A stretch of 64,000 nt of DNA from an uncultured Acidimicrobiia bacterium. Lineage in GTDB: Bacteria > Actinomycetota > Acidimicrobiia > Spongiisociales > JAENVV01. Below, in pieces: positions 8,838 through 18,849 of this stretch; position 1 is the stretch's first letter; every line of letters starts with the position of its first letter. The stretch is taken from contig CAVOQP010000006.1 of the NCBI GenBank assembly GCA_963698385.1, positions 150,318-214,317 of the forward strand, given 5' to 3'. The notes under the pieces are model-generated. The model was not told the DNA's origin. It saw nothing but the letters and a program-made list of their open reading frames with translations, and searched no databases. A program made the position numbers and the translations under genes.

Positions 8838-10079
8838 ATGCGTCATCCTTGGTTGCCGTTTCTCGTCCTCGCTCTTGTCGCGACCGCGTGCTCCACGACC
8901 ACTGGCACCGAAGCGCCCCCTGAGACCGAGGCCGTCATCGCCACCGAGGCCCCGGCCACCGAGGCCCCGACCGAGACAGAGCCTCCCTTGACCGGTGTCG
9001 TCACCCTGTGGCATGGCTGGAACGAGAAGGAGATCGAGTCCCTTGACGACGTGATCGTCAGTTTCCATGCCGCGTACCCGGGCATCGTGGTCGAGTCGCT
9101 CTTCGTGCCGTTCGAGGATCTCGAGAGCGAAGCAATCGCCGGCTGGGGATCGGGGGGAGGTCCAACCGTCCTTCTCGGCGGCACGGATTGGGCTCCCGCC
9201 TTCGGCGCCGCCGACGTGATCTACGACATGTCTGAGGTGATCTCGGCTGACGTGATCGACGCCCTCGTTGAGAGTGGCATCGGCGCTGTCGAATTCGACG
9301 GCGTTCTTCTCGGCCTGCCCCACTCCCTCAATGGGGTGGTCATGTACCGCAACACGGCGCTCATGCCGGATGCTCCCGGCTCTCTCGCCGACATCATCGC
9401 CACTGGCGGTGCCGACCTCGAGCGAGGCTTCTTCTTCTCCGTGGGTCACCTCGTGACCGCGTGTGGTGGGGCCATCACCAACCCCGACGGTACCGCGGCG
9501 TTCGCCGGAGCCACCGGCGAGTGCTGGCTAGAGACCCTCGCCTCGTTCCCGGGTGTCGAGGGCGAGTACTACTCCGACAACGATGTCAGCCGGATGAAGG
9601 CCGGCGAGGTGTCGGTCATCATCGACGGCACCTGGAACCTCGCCGCGATCGTCGAGGCGATTGGTGAGGACAACGCTGCCATCGACCCGTGGCCCGCCAC
9701 GGCCAACGGCGCGATGTCGGGCGTCGTGAGGACCGAGTCGATCTACATTGCCAGCCTCGCCGTAGGGGGAGAGCTCGCAGCCGCCGTTGCGTTCGTCGAG
9801 TTCTTCCTCGGCGCCGAGGCCCAGTCGATCCTCGCCGATCCAGCCAAGGCCGGTCACATCCCGGTACTGGAGGGACTCGTCGTCGCCGGCAAGTTCCAAG
9901 CCCAGGCACTTGCCGCTTTCACGGGCGGCATCCCGCTGCCGCGCTTCGAAGCCTGCTATTGGGGCAACCTGGACACCGCACTCCAGGCCTACTTCGGTGG
10001 TTCGGTGGACGCTGGGACCGCGCTCGCCGATGCCGCTGCCGCGATTGACGCCGCGGTCGCCGATGGTGCGTGTGCCTAG
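8838..10079 (+). CDS. extracellular solute-binding lipoprotein, family 1 (maltose/maltodextrin-type carbohydrate ABC transporter substrate-binding protein)
   Basis: Lipobox LVATAC followed by a Thr/Glu/Ala/Pro-rich linker. The body (TLWHGWNEKEIESLDDVIVSFHAAYPGIVVESLFVPFEDL...) matches SBP_bac_1 architecture. Confidence 0.7.
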   Translation: MRHPWLPFLVLALVATACSTTTGTEAPPETEAVIATEAPATEAPTETEPPLTGVVTLWHGWNEKEIESLDDVIVSFHAAYPGIVVESLFVPFEDLESEAIAGWGSGGGPTVLLGGTDWAPAFGAADVIYDMSEVISADVIDALVESGIGAVEFDGVLLGLPHSLNGVVMYRNTALMPDAPGSLADIIATGGADLERGFFFSVGHLVTACGGAITNPDGTAAFAGATGECWLETLASFPGVEGEYYSDNDVSRMKAGEVSVIIDGTWNLAAIVEAIGEDNAAIDPWPATANGAMSGVVRTESIYIASLAVGGELAAAVAFVEFFLGAEAQSILADPAKAGHIPVLEGLVVAGKFQAQALAAFTGGIPLPRFEACYWGNLDTALQAYFGGSVDAGTALADAAAAIDAAVADGACA

Positions 10080-10100
10080 TGCCCACACGAGGGATCTGAG

Positions 10101-13100
10101 ATGAGCATCGAGCCCGAGCATCGAGCCCGGACTCGCGCGGTCGCTGTCGCGCTCGTATTGGTCGCATGCACGGCCGGGACCCCCACCCCGGCACCGGACG
10201 TTCCGGAGGTCGCCCCGACCGAGGTGGATGTAGACGTAGACGTCGAACGCGATCCCTCCTTCCAACTCATGCTGCTCTGGCATCAACACCAGCCCTTCTA
10301 CCCCAAGGACGATGAGGGAGTTGTCACCCGCCCGTGGGTGCGAGTCCATGCCACCAAGGACTACGTCGACACGGCCACGCTCCTCGAGCAGTACCCCGAC
10401 GTCCACGCCACCATCAACCTCACCCCGGTGCTCATGCTGCAGCTCGAGGAGCTCCAAGCAGGCGTGCGCGACAGCTACTGGGTCCACTCCGAGATCCCGG
10501 CCGACGACCTGGATGATGACGAGAAGCGGTTCCTCCTGACCCGCCTCTTCGATGTCAACGCCCGGGTCATCGACCGCTTCCCCCGCTACCGGGAGCTCGC
10601 CGACCGGCGCACGGAAGCCGGCGGAGGCGAAGCCAACCTCGGAGTATTCACCACCGCCGAGTACCGCGACCTCCAAGTGCTCTTCAACCTCGCGTGGACC
10701 GACCCCGACTTCCTGACCGTGGCACCGCTCGCAGCGCTGGTCGCCAAGGGACGGGATTTCACCGAGGAGGACAAGGCTGTGCTCCTGGCCGAGCATGAGC
10801 GGATTGTTGGCGAAGTGTTCGAAGTGCACCGTCGGATGTGGGACGCCGGCCAGATCGAGGTCATCACCACCCCATTGGCGCATCCCATCCTCCCCCTCGT
10901 GATCGACACCTCGGTGGCGCTCGTCGGTGACCCGACCGCTGTCATGCCGGACGGAAGGTTCAACGAACCCGACGATGCCGTCGAACAGGTGGAGCGTGGG
11001 CTCGATGTCGCCGAACGCCTCCTCGGGCGCCGGCCAGTGGGGATGTGGCCGGGTGAGGGGGCCGTGAGCCAACCTGCCGCGGCAGTGATGTCGCGCGCCG
11101 GCATCCAGTGGATCGCCACCGGGGAGCCGGTGCTCGCCGCCTCGCTCGGCCGCGGAAGCGGATTCGCCCGAGGGGAGAACGGCGTCCCCGACGATGCGGA
11201 GCTTCTCTACCGCCCGTGGTCGGCGACCTTCGGCCGGAACCCGGATCTCCCCATCTTCTTCCGGGACCTCCGCCTCTCCGACCTCGTCGGCTTCGAGTAC
11301 TCGGGCATGAGCGGGGAGGACGCGGCGCAGGACTTCATGGACCGCCTGGCAGCCATCAAGGCGGCGCTCGGCCCGGCCGACCCGGGGCAGCCCTGGGTGG
11401 TGAGCGTGGTGCTCGACGGCGAGAACGCCTGGGAGCAGGACGACGACGACGGCAAGGACTTCTTCCACGCCCTCTACTCCAAGCTCTCCGGGGCCGACTG
11501 GCTGACGACCACGACACCGTCGGCCTACCTGGCCGCCCACGATCCACCGCAGGCACTCCCCGGTGAGGTGTTCCCTTCGTCATGGTTCCAGGCCAACTAC
11601 GCCACTTGGATCGGGGAGGACGAAGAGGCAGCCGCCTGGGACTACCTCATCGAGGCCCGTACCGACCTCACAGCCGCAGGCACCACCGGGGCGTATACCG
11701 ACGCGCAGTTGGCCGCTGCCCGCGAGGCGATCCTCTTCGCCGAGGGATCCGACTGGTTCTGGTGGTATGGCGCCGACCGGTGGTCGGGAGACGACGGCTA
11801 CTTCGACACAGCGTTCCGAGCGTGGCTCGCCCGCATGTACCGCGCCCTCGGACAGGAGGTACCCGGGTACGTGGACGTGCCGATCGTCGCTTCCGCCCCT
11901 TCCGAACCGTCGGCGACCAGCTCGGAGGTCATCACCCCCGTCATCGACGGAGTCCAATCCGAGGGGGAGTGGGCGGCTGCCACCGTCTACGGGTTCACCG
12001 ACGCCACTCCATCCCTCGTCGCCCTCGGCTTCGACACAGCCTCCCTCCATCTGCTCATCGACGGCTTCGGCCATCCGATCACGATCGAGCTGGGCGTCCC
12101 GTCGGGCATGGCCACCCGGGGCAGGACCATCGACGGCGCCCCCGTCGGATTCGGGGTGACCCACCAGCTCCAGGTGAGCGACGACCAAGCGTGCCTCCGC
12201 CCCGCAACCGAGGACGGCTCCCCCGACCTCACCTGCTCCCCGGCAGCGTGGAATTCGGGCCTGTGGGAGGCATCGATCCCGGTGACCGACATCGGGTTCC
12301 CTGGAGGCCGGGCGACCGGGTCCTGTTCCGGATAGTGGCCCCCGAAGGGCTCCTTCCCGAGTTCGCCCCCGGCTACGTCCAAGTCCCGGACAGCTCGACC
12401 GTTGACGTTCGTTTCGCGGCCATCGACCCGACTGGGGACGACACAGGGATCGGGACCTACACCTACGCCAAGGACGCGGTGTTCGGCTCCGGGTCGTACG
12501 ACCTCACCCGGTTCACGGCAGGCATCGATGGTGAGGATGTCGTTTTCACGGTCGAGGTCAACGCCCCGATCCGCAACCCGTGGGGGAGCGCAGTCGGCCT
12601 CTCCATCCAGACCTTCGACATCTACCTCGACACCGACCCGGGAGCCGGGACCGGCGCCCGCCTCCTCATCCCTGGGCGAAACGCCGCGCTCGCCGCCGGC
12701 AATGGGTGGGAGTACGCGGTCACCGTCGAGGGGTGGGACCCGTCCATGTACATCGCCGCGGCCGACGGCACGATCGAGGAGACGAAGCCGACCTTCAAGA
12801 CAGTCGTCCTCGGCGACAAGGGGAAGGTGCTCATTCGCATTCCAGCTCAACTCCTCGGCGGAGGCGACCCGGCGGACTGGGGCTACGTCGTTGCCCTCCT
12901 CGGCCAAGAGGGATACCCGTCTGGCGGAGTGCGTCGGGTCCGGGACGTCAACCCGGCAGCGGAGCAGTGGCGGTTCGGAGGTGCCCCCGAAGGCACGACC
13001 AACCACACCCGCATCATGGACCTCATCTGGCCCGAGGAGGGAGGGGTGCAGGGTGGAATCGGTGCCCAGGCAGGGTTCCTGTCCGGCTTCCCCCGCCTCG

Positions 13101-13171
13101 ATGTGTCGACCGACGACCTGACGGCCGACGACGTCGCGCAACTCCCGCTGCTGGTGGAGGGAGGAGAGTGA
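10101..13171 (+). CDS. glycoside hydrolase family 57 (alpha-amylase/amylopullulanase-like) lipoprotein with C-terminal glucodextranase-like beta-sandwich domain; reading frame broken by an apparent frameshift near 12300-12335
   Basis: Lipobox ALVLVACTAG. GH57 signature LLWHQHQPFYP with ...ATKDYVD.... Track ORF 10101..12335 stops at GSCSG*. The overlapping track ORF 11582..13171 continues the same protein in another frame (LFRIVAPEGLLPEFAPGYVQVPDSSTVDVRF...) through a C-terminal domain typical of GH57 amylopullulanases. Confidence 0.65.
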
Positions 13172-13173
13172 CG

Positions 13174-14757
13174 ATGCAGTCGGTACGACCCGTCGGTAGC
13201 CGGTGGTGGGAGACCGCCGTGGGCTATGAGGTGTACATCCGTTCCTTCGCCGACGGCAACGGGGACGGGATAGGCGATTTCGTCGGCCTCACCGCCCGCC
13301 TCGACCACCTGGCATGGCTCGGCGTCGACACCGTGTGGGTGACTCCGTTCTACCCGTCGCCGCAGCGCGACTTCGGCTACGACGTCGCCGACTACTGCGA
13401 TGTGGCGCCGGAGTACGGCACCCTCGAGGACTTCGACCGTTTCGTCGTCCGGTGCCGGGAGTTGGGCCTGCGGGTGATGGTCGACATCGTCCCCAACCAC
13501 TGCTCGTCGGACCACCCCTGGTTCCTGGAGGCACTCTCGGATCCTTCGAGCCCGAAACGGGACTACTTCATCTGGAAGGACCCGGCCGCCGGTGGAGGTC
13601 CCCCGAACAACTGGCTGGCCATCTTCGGTGGTTCGGCATGGGCGCTCGACGAGGTGTCGGGGCAGTACTGGATGCACCTGTTTCTCCCCGAGCAACCTGA
13701 CCTCAACTGGGAGAACCCGGCGGTCAGGGACGAGTTCGAGGACATCCTCCGCTTCTGGCTCGACCGGGGTGTCGACGGGTTCCGGATCGATGTCGCCCAC
13801 TCCCTCGTGAAGGACCGGTCGTTCGCCGACAATGTCGTCCGACCGGGTCTCGACGTTGCCCACGAATTCGGTGACTTCTCAGTTCATCACGACATCGACC
13901 AGGACGGCGTGTTCGAGATCTACGAGGCCTGGTCGCGGATCGCCGCCGAGTACGACGCCGTGCTCCTCGGCGAGGCGTGGGAGAAGCCAACCCGGATCTG
14001 GGAGTACACCCGTCCCGGTCGGCTCGACCATTCGTTCTACTTCGGCCTCATGAACCGGGAGTGGGACCCGGTCGACTTTGCGGTCGATGTGCGACACGCC
14101 ATTGCCGGCGTCCCCGACGGGCACGCGTGGGTGCATGGCTCCCACGACGAGAGCCGGTGTGCCACCCGCTTCGGCGGGGGAGCCCTGGGATTCGAGCGAT
14201 CGCTGGCGCTGTGGGTGGGCATGATGGGGCTCCCGGGCGTCCCTTTCCTCTACCAAGGGGACGAGCTCGGCCTCGAGGACGGATACGTGGCACCGGCCGA
14301 CGTCCAGGACCCGGTCGGTCTTCGCGACCCGGATGATGGCCGCGACCCTTGCCGAACCCCGATCCCTTGGGAGGCGGGCATCCCACACTCCGGGTTCACA
14401 ACTGGTGAACGGGCCTGGCTGCGCTCAAGGCCGCGACTTCCCGAGGAGTCGGTGTCGTTCCAACGAGGCGACGCGACCTCGCCACTGCATCGCACACGCG
14501 CGCTCCTGATGACCCGCCGCGCCCTGGCCGGCGCCCGGGTGGACCCGGTGGAGTGGCTCCCCGCCCCGGCCGGGGTCCTGCTCTACCGGCGGGGAACCAC
14601 CATCCATGCCGCGAACCTCCTCGATGAGTCCGTTCGCTGCGCTATCCCCGCTGGGGCTTGGGGGACCGCCCACGCAACGAACGGCGGGCGACTGGAGGAT
14701 GGCAGGACGGTTGTCCTGCCCGGACCGGGCGGCGTCATTCTGAAGGAGACGTCATGA
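13174..14757 (+). CDS. GH13 alpha-glucosidase / oligo-1,6-glucosidase / trehalose-synthase-like enzyme
   Basis: ATG at 13174 is in frame with track ORF 12580..14757. RWWETAVGYEVYIRSFADGNGDGIGDFVGL...GVDTVWVTPFYPSPQRDFGYDVADY...MVDIVPNHCS...GFRIDVAHSL are the canonical GH13 regions I-II. Overlaps the upstream stop (GTGACGATG). Confidence 0.8.
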   Translation: MQSVRPVGSRWWETAVGYEVYIRSFADGNGDGIGDFVGLTARLDHLAWLGVDTVWVTPFYPSPQRDFGYDVADYCDVAPEYGTLEDFDRFVVRCRELGLRVMVDIVPNHCSSDHPWFLEALSDPSSPKRDYFIWKDPAAGGGPPNNWLAIFGGSAWALDEVSGQYWMHLFLPEQPDLNWENPAVRDEFEDILRFWLDRGVDGFRIDVAHSLVKDRSFADNVVRPGLDVAHEFGDFSVHHDIDQDGVFEIYEAWSRIAAEYDAVLLGEAWEKPTRIWEYTRPGRLDHSFYFGLMNREWDPVDFAVDVRHAIAGVPDGHAWVHGSHDESRCATRFGGGALGFERSLALWVGMMGLPGVPFLYQGDELGLEDGYVAPADVQDPVGLRDPDDGRDPCRTPIPWEAGIPHSGFTTGERAWLRSRPRLPEESVSFQRGDATSPLHRTRALLMTRRALAGARVDPVEWLPAPAGVLLYRRGTTIHAANLLDESVRCAIPAGAWGTAHATNGGRLEDGRTVVLPGPGGVILKETS

Positions 14758-14966
14758 GCGGCACCATCACGGGATGTCGCCCGTGAGCGGGCCGCCCGGG
14801 GCGCCGGGTGGGTCGGGATTCTCCACGCTCCGTCAATCGGCTGTGGGGGCCGTCGCCCAACTCCTCCGCGACCTCCCCAGCGGAGCCGCGGTCGGCGAAG
14901 TCCTCCATGGCCACGAACTGATCGTCCGCTCCACGTCGCGCTGAGTAGCCGGCGGCCTCTCAACCC

Positions 14967-16277
14967 GTGTTGGCGGCCGGGGGTGGAGAAGGCCCCCTAC
15001 ACTCCCCGTTCGTGCGGAGACACCTCTTCCTCGTGATCGTGGTCGGCATCGTGGCCGCCACCGTCATGCCTGCGCTGGCCTCGGGCGAGACCATCCAGGG
15101 GGTGCTCGAGAGCATCGACGGAGGAGTGAAGACCCCGGTGGAGGGGGCCCGCGTGACCGTTCTCCTCGGCGAGGAGGTGGTCGGAGAAGGGGTGTCCGGG
15201 CCCGATGGGGCGTTCGTCGTCCCCGTGCCCGGTGCGGAGACCTACAGCGTGATGATCGATCCGTCGTCCTTCCCGTCTGGGGTGGCGCTCACCGACCCCG
15301 AGAAGACGAGCCTGCCAGCAGTCCGTGTCCGCGACGGACAGCAGAAGACGGTCCTTTTCCAGCTCGGCCCCGGGCGGGTGGTGGAGGTCGACCTGTGGAA
15401 GCGGATCGGCGAACTGACGATTCTCGGCCTCAAACTCGGCGCGATCATCGCGCTGAGTGCCATCGGCCTCAGCCTCATCTTCGGCGTCACCGGCCTCGTC
15501 AACTTCGCGCATGGTGAACTCGTCACGTTGGGGGCGATGCTCACCTGGTATTTCAACGCAACCTTCGGCTTGCATCTCTTCGTGGCGGCGATACCCGGAG
15601 TGGCGATCGTCGCACTCTTCGGCGGGGTGCAGGAGCGCTGGCTGTGGCGTCCGCTGCGGGCGAGAAAGACCGGGAACATCGCCATGATCGTGATCGCCAT
15701 CGGCCTCTCACTGTTGCTCCGCTACGGTGCGATCCTCGTCCCGTTCGGTGGATTGCCCCGTCCCTTCCGGCAGTTCGTGATCCAGACCCCGATCGAGATA
15801 CTCGGTCTCTCCATCATCCCCAAGAACCTCATCATCATCGGGGCCACAGCCGCCATCCTCACCGCGGTCGGCCTCATGCTGCAGAAGACACAGATCGGCA
15901 TGGCGATGCGAGCGGTGGCCGACAACACCGATCTCGCACGATCATCGGGGATCGACGTCGACAAGGTCGTACTCACGACGTGGATAGTCGGGGCAGGACT
16001 CGCCGCCCTCGGTGGCGTGTTCTTCGGGGTGTCCGAGATCGTCGAGTGGGAGATGGGCTTCAAGATGCTCCTCCTCATCTTCTCCGGGGTGGTGCTCGGC
16101 GGCCTCGGCACCGCCTACGGCGCGATGCTCGGCGGGTTCCTCATCGGGCTCGCAGTCGAGCTCTCGACGCTGGTCCTTCCGGTCGAGTTCAAGCACGTCG
16201 TGGCCCTCCTCGCCCTGGTCGCGATGCTGCTGTTCCGGCCGCAGGGCCTCCTGGGACGAAAGGAGCGGATCGGCTGA
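14967..16277 (+). CDS. livH: branched-chain amino acid ABC transporter permease LivH with an N-terminal signal peptide plus ~120-aa secreted beta-sandwich (carboxypeptidase-regulatory-like) extension; probable start GTG ~15012
   Basis: C-terminal ~290 aa is LivH-like (LTILGLKLGAIIALSAIGLSLIFGVTGLVNFAHGE ... EAA-like loop). N-terminal part is VMPALASGETIQGVLESIDGGVKTPVEGARVTVLLGEEVVGEGVSGPDGAFVVPVPG-ETYSVMIDP, resembling CarboxypepD_reg/Cna-B type folds. Confidence 0.75.
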   Translation: MLAAGGGEGPLHSPFVRRHLFLVIVVGIVAATVMPALASGETIQGVLESIDGGVKTPVEGARVTVLLGEEVVGEGVSGPDGAFVVPVPGAETYSVMIDPSSFPSGVALTDPEKTSLPAVRVRDGQQKTVLFQLGPGRVVEVDLWKRIGELTILGLKLGAIIALSAIGLSLIFGVTGLVNFAHGELVTLGAMLTWYFNATFGLHLFVAAIPGVAIVALFGGVQERWLWRPLRARKTGNIAMIVIAIGLSLLLRYGAILVPFGGLPRPFRQFVIQTPIEILGLSIIPKNLIIIGATAAILTAVGLMLQKTQIGMAMRAVADNTDLARSSGIDVDKVVLTTWIVGAGLAALGGVFFGVSEIVEWEMGFKMLLLIFSGVVLGGLGTAYGAMLGGFLIGLAVELSTLVLPVEFKHVVALLALVAMLLFRPQGLLGRKERIG

Positions 16278-17263
16278 TGGACTTCCTCAAGATCATCATC
16301 GACGCCCTTCGGGCTGCGGTCGGAGTCCCCGCCGCGGCCTATGCCCTCACCTCCGTGGGATTGAACCTGCAGTTCGGGTACACCGGCCTGCTCAACTTCG
16401 GCCACGTTGCTTCGATGCTGATGGGAGCGTACGGGCTCGCAATTACCGTGGAGCGCGGGGGCTCCATGTGGCTCGGAGTGCTTGTCGGCATCCTCGCTGC
16501 CGTGCTGCTTGGCATCCTCTGGGGCTTCCCGACCGTCCGGCTCCGTGCCGACTACCTCGCCATCACCACCATCGGAGCGGCCGAGATCATTCGTTTCCTC
16601 GTCCGTTCGAACTGGGCCCGACCGTTCACGAAGGGGGTTTTCGGGATCCAGGCGTTCGCCCATGGCTTCTTCGATCGCAACCCCATACCGCGGGGTACCT
16701 ATGGCCTCGGCACATTCCGTTTCGACCAGCGGCAGCTGTGGGTGATGGCCTTGGGCTGGACCCTGGTCGTGGTGTCGGTGCTCCTGGTGGGGCGCCTCAT
16801 CCGCAGCCCCTGGGGCCGGGTGATCAGGGCGATCCGGGAGGATGAGGACGCGGTGGCGTCCCTCGGGAAGAACGTCTTTCTCTACAAGCTGCAGTCACTC
16901 ATGTTGGGTGGGGCGATCGGGGCCCTCGCCGGCATGGTGCTGGCGATCGACCAACAAAACGTCTCGCCCGACTTCTTCCTCCCGCTCATCACGTTCTACG
17001 CCTACACGATCGTCATCATGGGTGGCCCTGCAACGGTGTGGGGACCGGTCGCCGGCGGAGTGTTCTTCTGGTTCCTGTTCGAATTCCTCGACGGCTTCGT
17101 CGGACAAGCGGTCGCTCTCGGCTGGACCGGCGACCTGCTGGACTCGACGGACGTGGGTCCGATCCGCTTCGCGATCGTCGGCCTCGGACTCATGCTCCTG
17201 ATGATCTTCCGACCCCAGGGCATGTTCGGATCGCGAGAGGAGATCCTCGTCGATGACCGCTGA
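16277..17263 (+). CDS. livM: branched-chain amino acid ABC transporter permease LivM
   Basis: ATG at 16277 overlaps livH stop (ATGA). In frame with track ORF 15644..17263. LNLQFGYTGLLNFGHVASMLMGAYG motif typical of LivM. Confidence 0.8.
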   Translation: MDFLKIIIDALRAAVGVPAAAYALTSVGLNLQFGYTGLLNFGHVASMLMGAYGLAITVERGGSMWLGVLVGILAAVLLGILWGFPTVRLRADYLAITTIGAAEIIRFLVRSNWARPFTKGVFGIQAFAHGFFDRNPIPRGTYGLGTFRFDQRQLWVMALGWTLVVVSVLLVGRLIRSPWGRVIRAIREDEDAVASLGKNVFLYKLQSLMLGGAIGALAGMVLAIDQQNVSPDFFLPLITFYAYTIVIMGGPATVWGPVAGGVFFWFLFEFLDGFVGQAVALGWTGDLLDSTDVGPIRFAIVGLGLMLLMIFRPQGMFGSREEILVDDR

Positions 17264-18077
17264 ACACCTCTCGTCCCTCACCCCCCGACCGGGAGTCGTG
17301 AAACCCGACCCCATCCTCGAAGTGACCGACATGGTGCGCAACTTCGGGGGCCTGAAGGCGGTCGACGTCGACCGCCTCTCCATCCAACGGGGCACCATTA
17401 CTTCACTCATCGGTCCCAACGGGGCAGGCAAGACGACACTCTTCAACCTCCTGACCGCCTTCGACCAACCCGACTCGGGAGAGTGGCACCTCAACCAAGC
17501 GACACTGGTGGGGATCCCATCGTTCCGAGTCGCCCGCAGGGGCATGGTTCGTACCTTCCAGCTCACGAAGTCCCTGGCCCGGCTGACGGTCCTCGAAAAC
17601 GTCCAGCTGGCTGGGACCGGGCAGTCGGGAGAGCGGATGCTTCGGGGGCTCCTGGGCGGATGGAAGGCGGAGGAACGGGCGGGGGAGGTGGCCTCAATGG
17701 CCCTCCTCGAGCGTTTCGGCCTCGCCCACATGCGGGATGAGTACGCCGGATCGCTGTCGGGTGGCCAGCGCAAGCTGTTGGAGATGGCCAGGGCCCTGCG
17801 CGCCGAGCCGGACCTCATCATGCTCGACGAGCCCATGGCCGGCGTGAACCCAGCCCTCACCGAGTCGCTCCTCACGCACATCAAGGCACTCCGCGATGAG
17901 GAGGACAAGACGGTGATCTTCATCGAGCATGACATGGATGTCGTGATGGAGATCTCCGACTGGGTTGTCTGCCTTGCCCAGGGATCGGTCATCAGTGAGG
18001 GTCCTCCGCGCCACGTAGCGTCCGACCCGGCAGTGATCGATGCCTACCTCGGCTCTACGCACGGTGAGCGCGCATGA
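17253..18077 (+). CDS. livG: branched-chain amino acid ABC transporter ATP-binding protein LivG
   Basis: GPNGAGKTTLFNLLT, LSGGQRKLLEMARAL, LIMLDEPMAGVNP. Confidence 0.85.
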   Translation: MTAEHLSSLTPRPGVVKPDPILEVTDMVRNFGGLKAVDVDRLSIQRGTITSLIGPNGAGKTTLFNLLTAFDQPDSGEWHLNQATLVGIPSFRVARRGMVRTFQLTKSLARLTVLENVQLAGTGQSGERMLRGLLGGWKAEERAGEVASMALLERFGLAHMRDEYAGSLSGGQRKLLEMARALRAEPDLIMLDEPMAGVNPALTESLLTHIKALRDEEDKTVIFIEHDMDVVMEISDWVVCLAQGSVISEGPPRHVASDPAVIDAYLGSTHGERA

Positions 18078-18802
18078 CCGAGCCGATCCTCGCGGCCGAG
18101 AGCCTTGTCGCCGGCTACCTGCCGGGGGTCGACATCCTCCGTGGCTGCAGCATCGAAGTGGGCCTCGGCGAGCTGGTCGGGATCATCGGCCCGAACGGTG
18201 CGGGCAAGTCGACCCTCGTGAAGGCGGTCTTCGGGCTCGTGTCGGTGCGATCCGGACGGGTGACACTCAACGGTGAGGACATAACCTCCCTGCCCGCCCA
18301 CAAGCTGGTGGCGGCCGGGGTGGGATACGTTCCGCAACGCGAGAACGTCTTCGGGACGCTCACGGTGGAGGAGAACCTCCGGATGGGCCTCTACCTTCGC
18401 CCGGCGGCGTGGGACGAGCGGTGGGCCTTCGTGACCGAGATGTTCCCGCGCCTCGGCGAACGGCGGGACCAGCGGGCGGGCTTCCTCTCGGGAGGGGAGC
18501 GCCAGATGCTGGCGGTGGCCCGGGCCCTCATGATGGACCCCTCGGTGCTGTTGCTCGACGAGCCGTCCGCGGGGCTCTCACCCGGCAACCAGGACATGAT
18601 CTTCGAGCGTGTACGTGGGATCTGCGGCACGGGGGTCTCCATCCTCATGGTGGAGCAGAACGCGCGTCGGTGCCTCCAGATCTGTGACCGTGCCTATGTC
18701 CTCGACCAAGGGGTGGACGCCCACACCGGGGCCGGCCACGACTTGCTTCATGACCCGAAAGTGGTCGAGTTGTACCTCGGAGCGCTCGGCAAGGTGGACT
18801 GA
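18074..18802 (+). CDS. livF: branched-chain amino acid ABC transporter ATP-binding protein LivF
   Basis: GPNGAGKSTLVKAVFG, LSGGERQMLAVARAL, LLLDEPSAGLSP. Overlaps livG stop. Confidence 0.85.
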   Translation: MTEPILAAESLVAGYLPGVDILRGCSIEVGLGELVGIIGPNGAGKSTLVKAVFGLVSVRSGRVTLNGEDITSLPAHKLVAAGVGYVPQRENVFGTLTVEENLRMGLYLRPAAWDERWAFVTEMFPRLGERRDQRAGFLSGGERQMLAVARALMMDPSVLLLDEPSAGLSPGNQDMIFERVRGICGTGVSILMVEQNARRCLQICDRAYVLDQGVDAHTGAGHDLLHDPKVVELYLGALGKVD

Positions 18803-18849
18803 TCCCCACGCGGGAGTAACTCCGGTGCCACAACTACGCTCCCCGGGGT

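Noticed and set aside
9528-11540. 670-aa minus-strand ORF
   Set aside because: Antisense to the GH57 gene. No domain features. GC-driven stop-codon depletion.
12580-13173. N-terminal ~200 codons of track ORF 12580..14757
   Set aside because: Overlaps the GH57 C-terminal domain in a different frame. The GH13 enzyme's conserved N-terminus (RWWETAVGYEVY) begins at the ATG at 13174.
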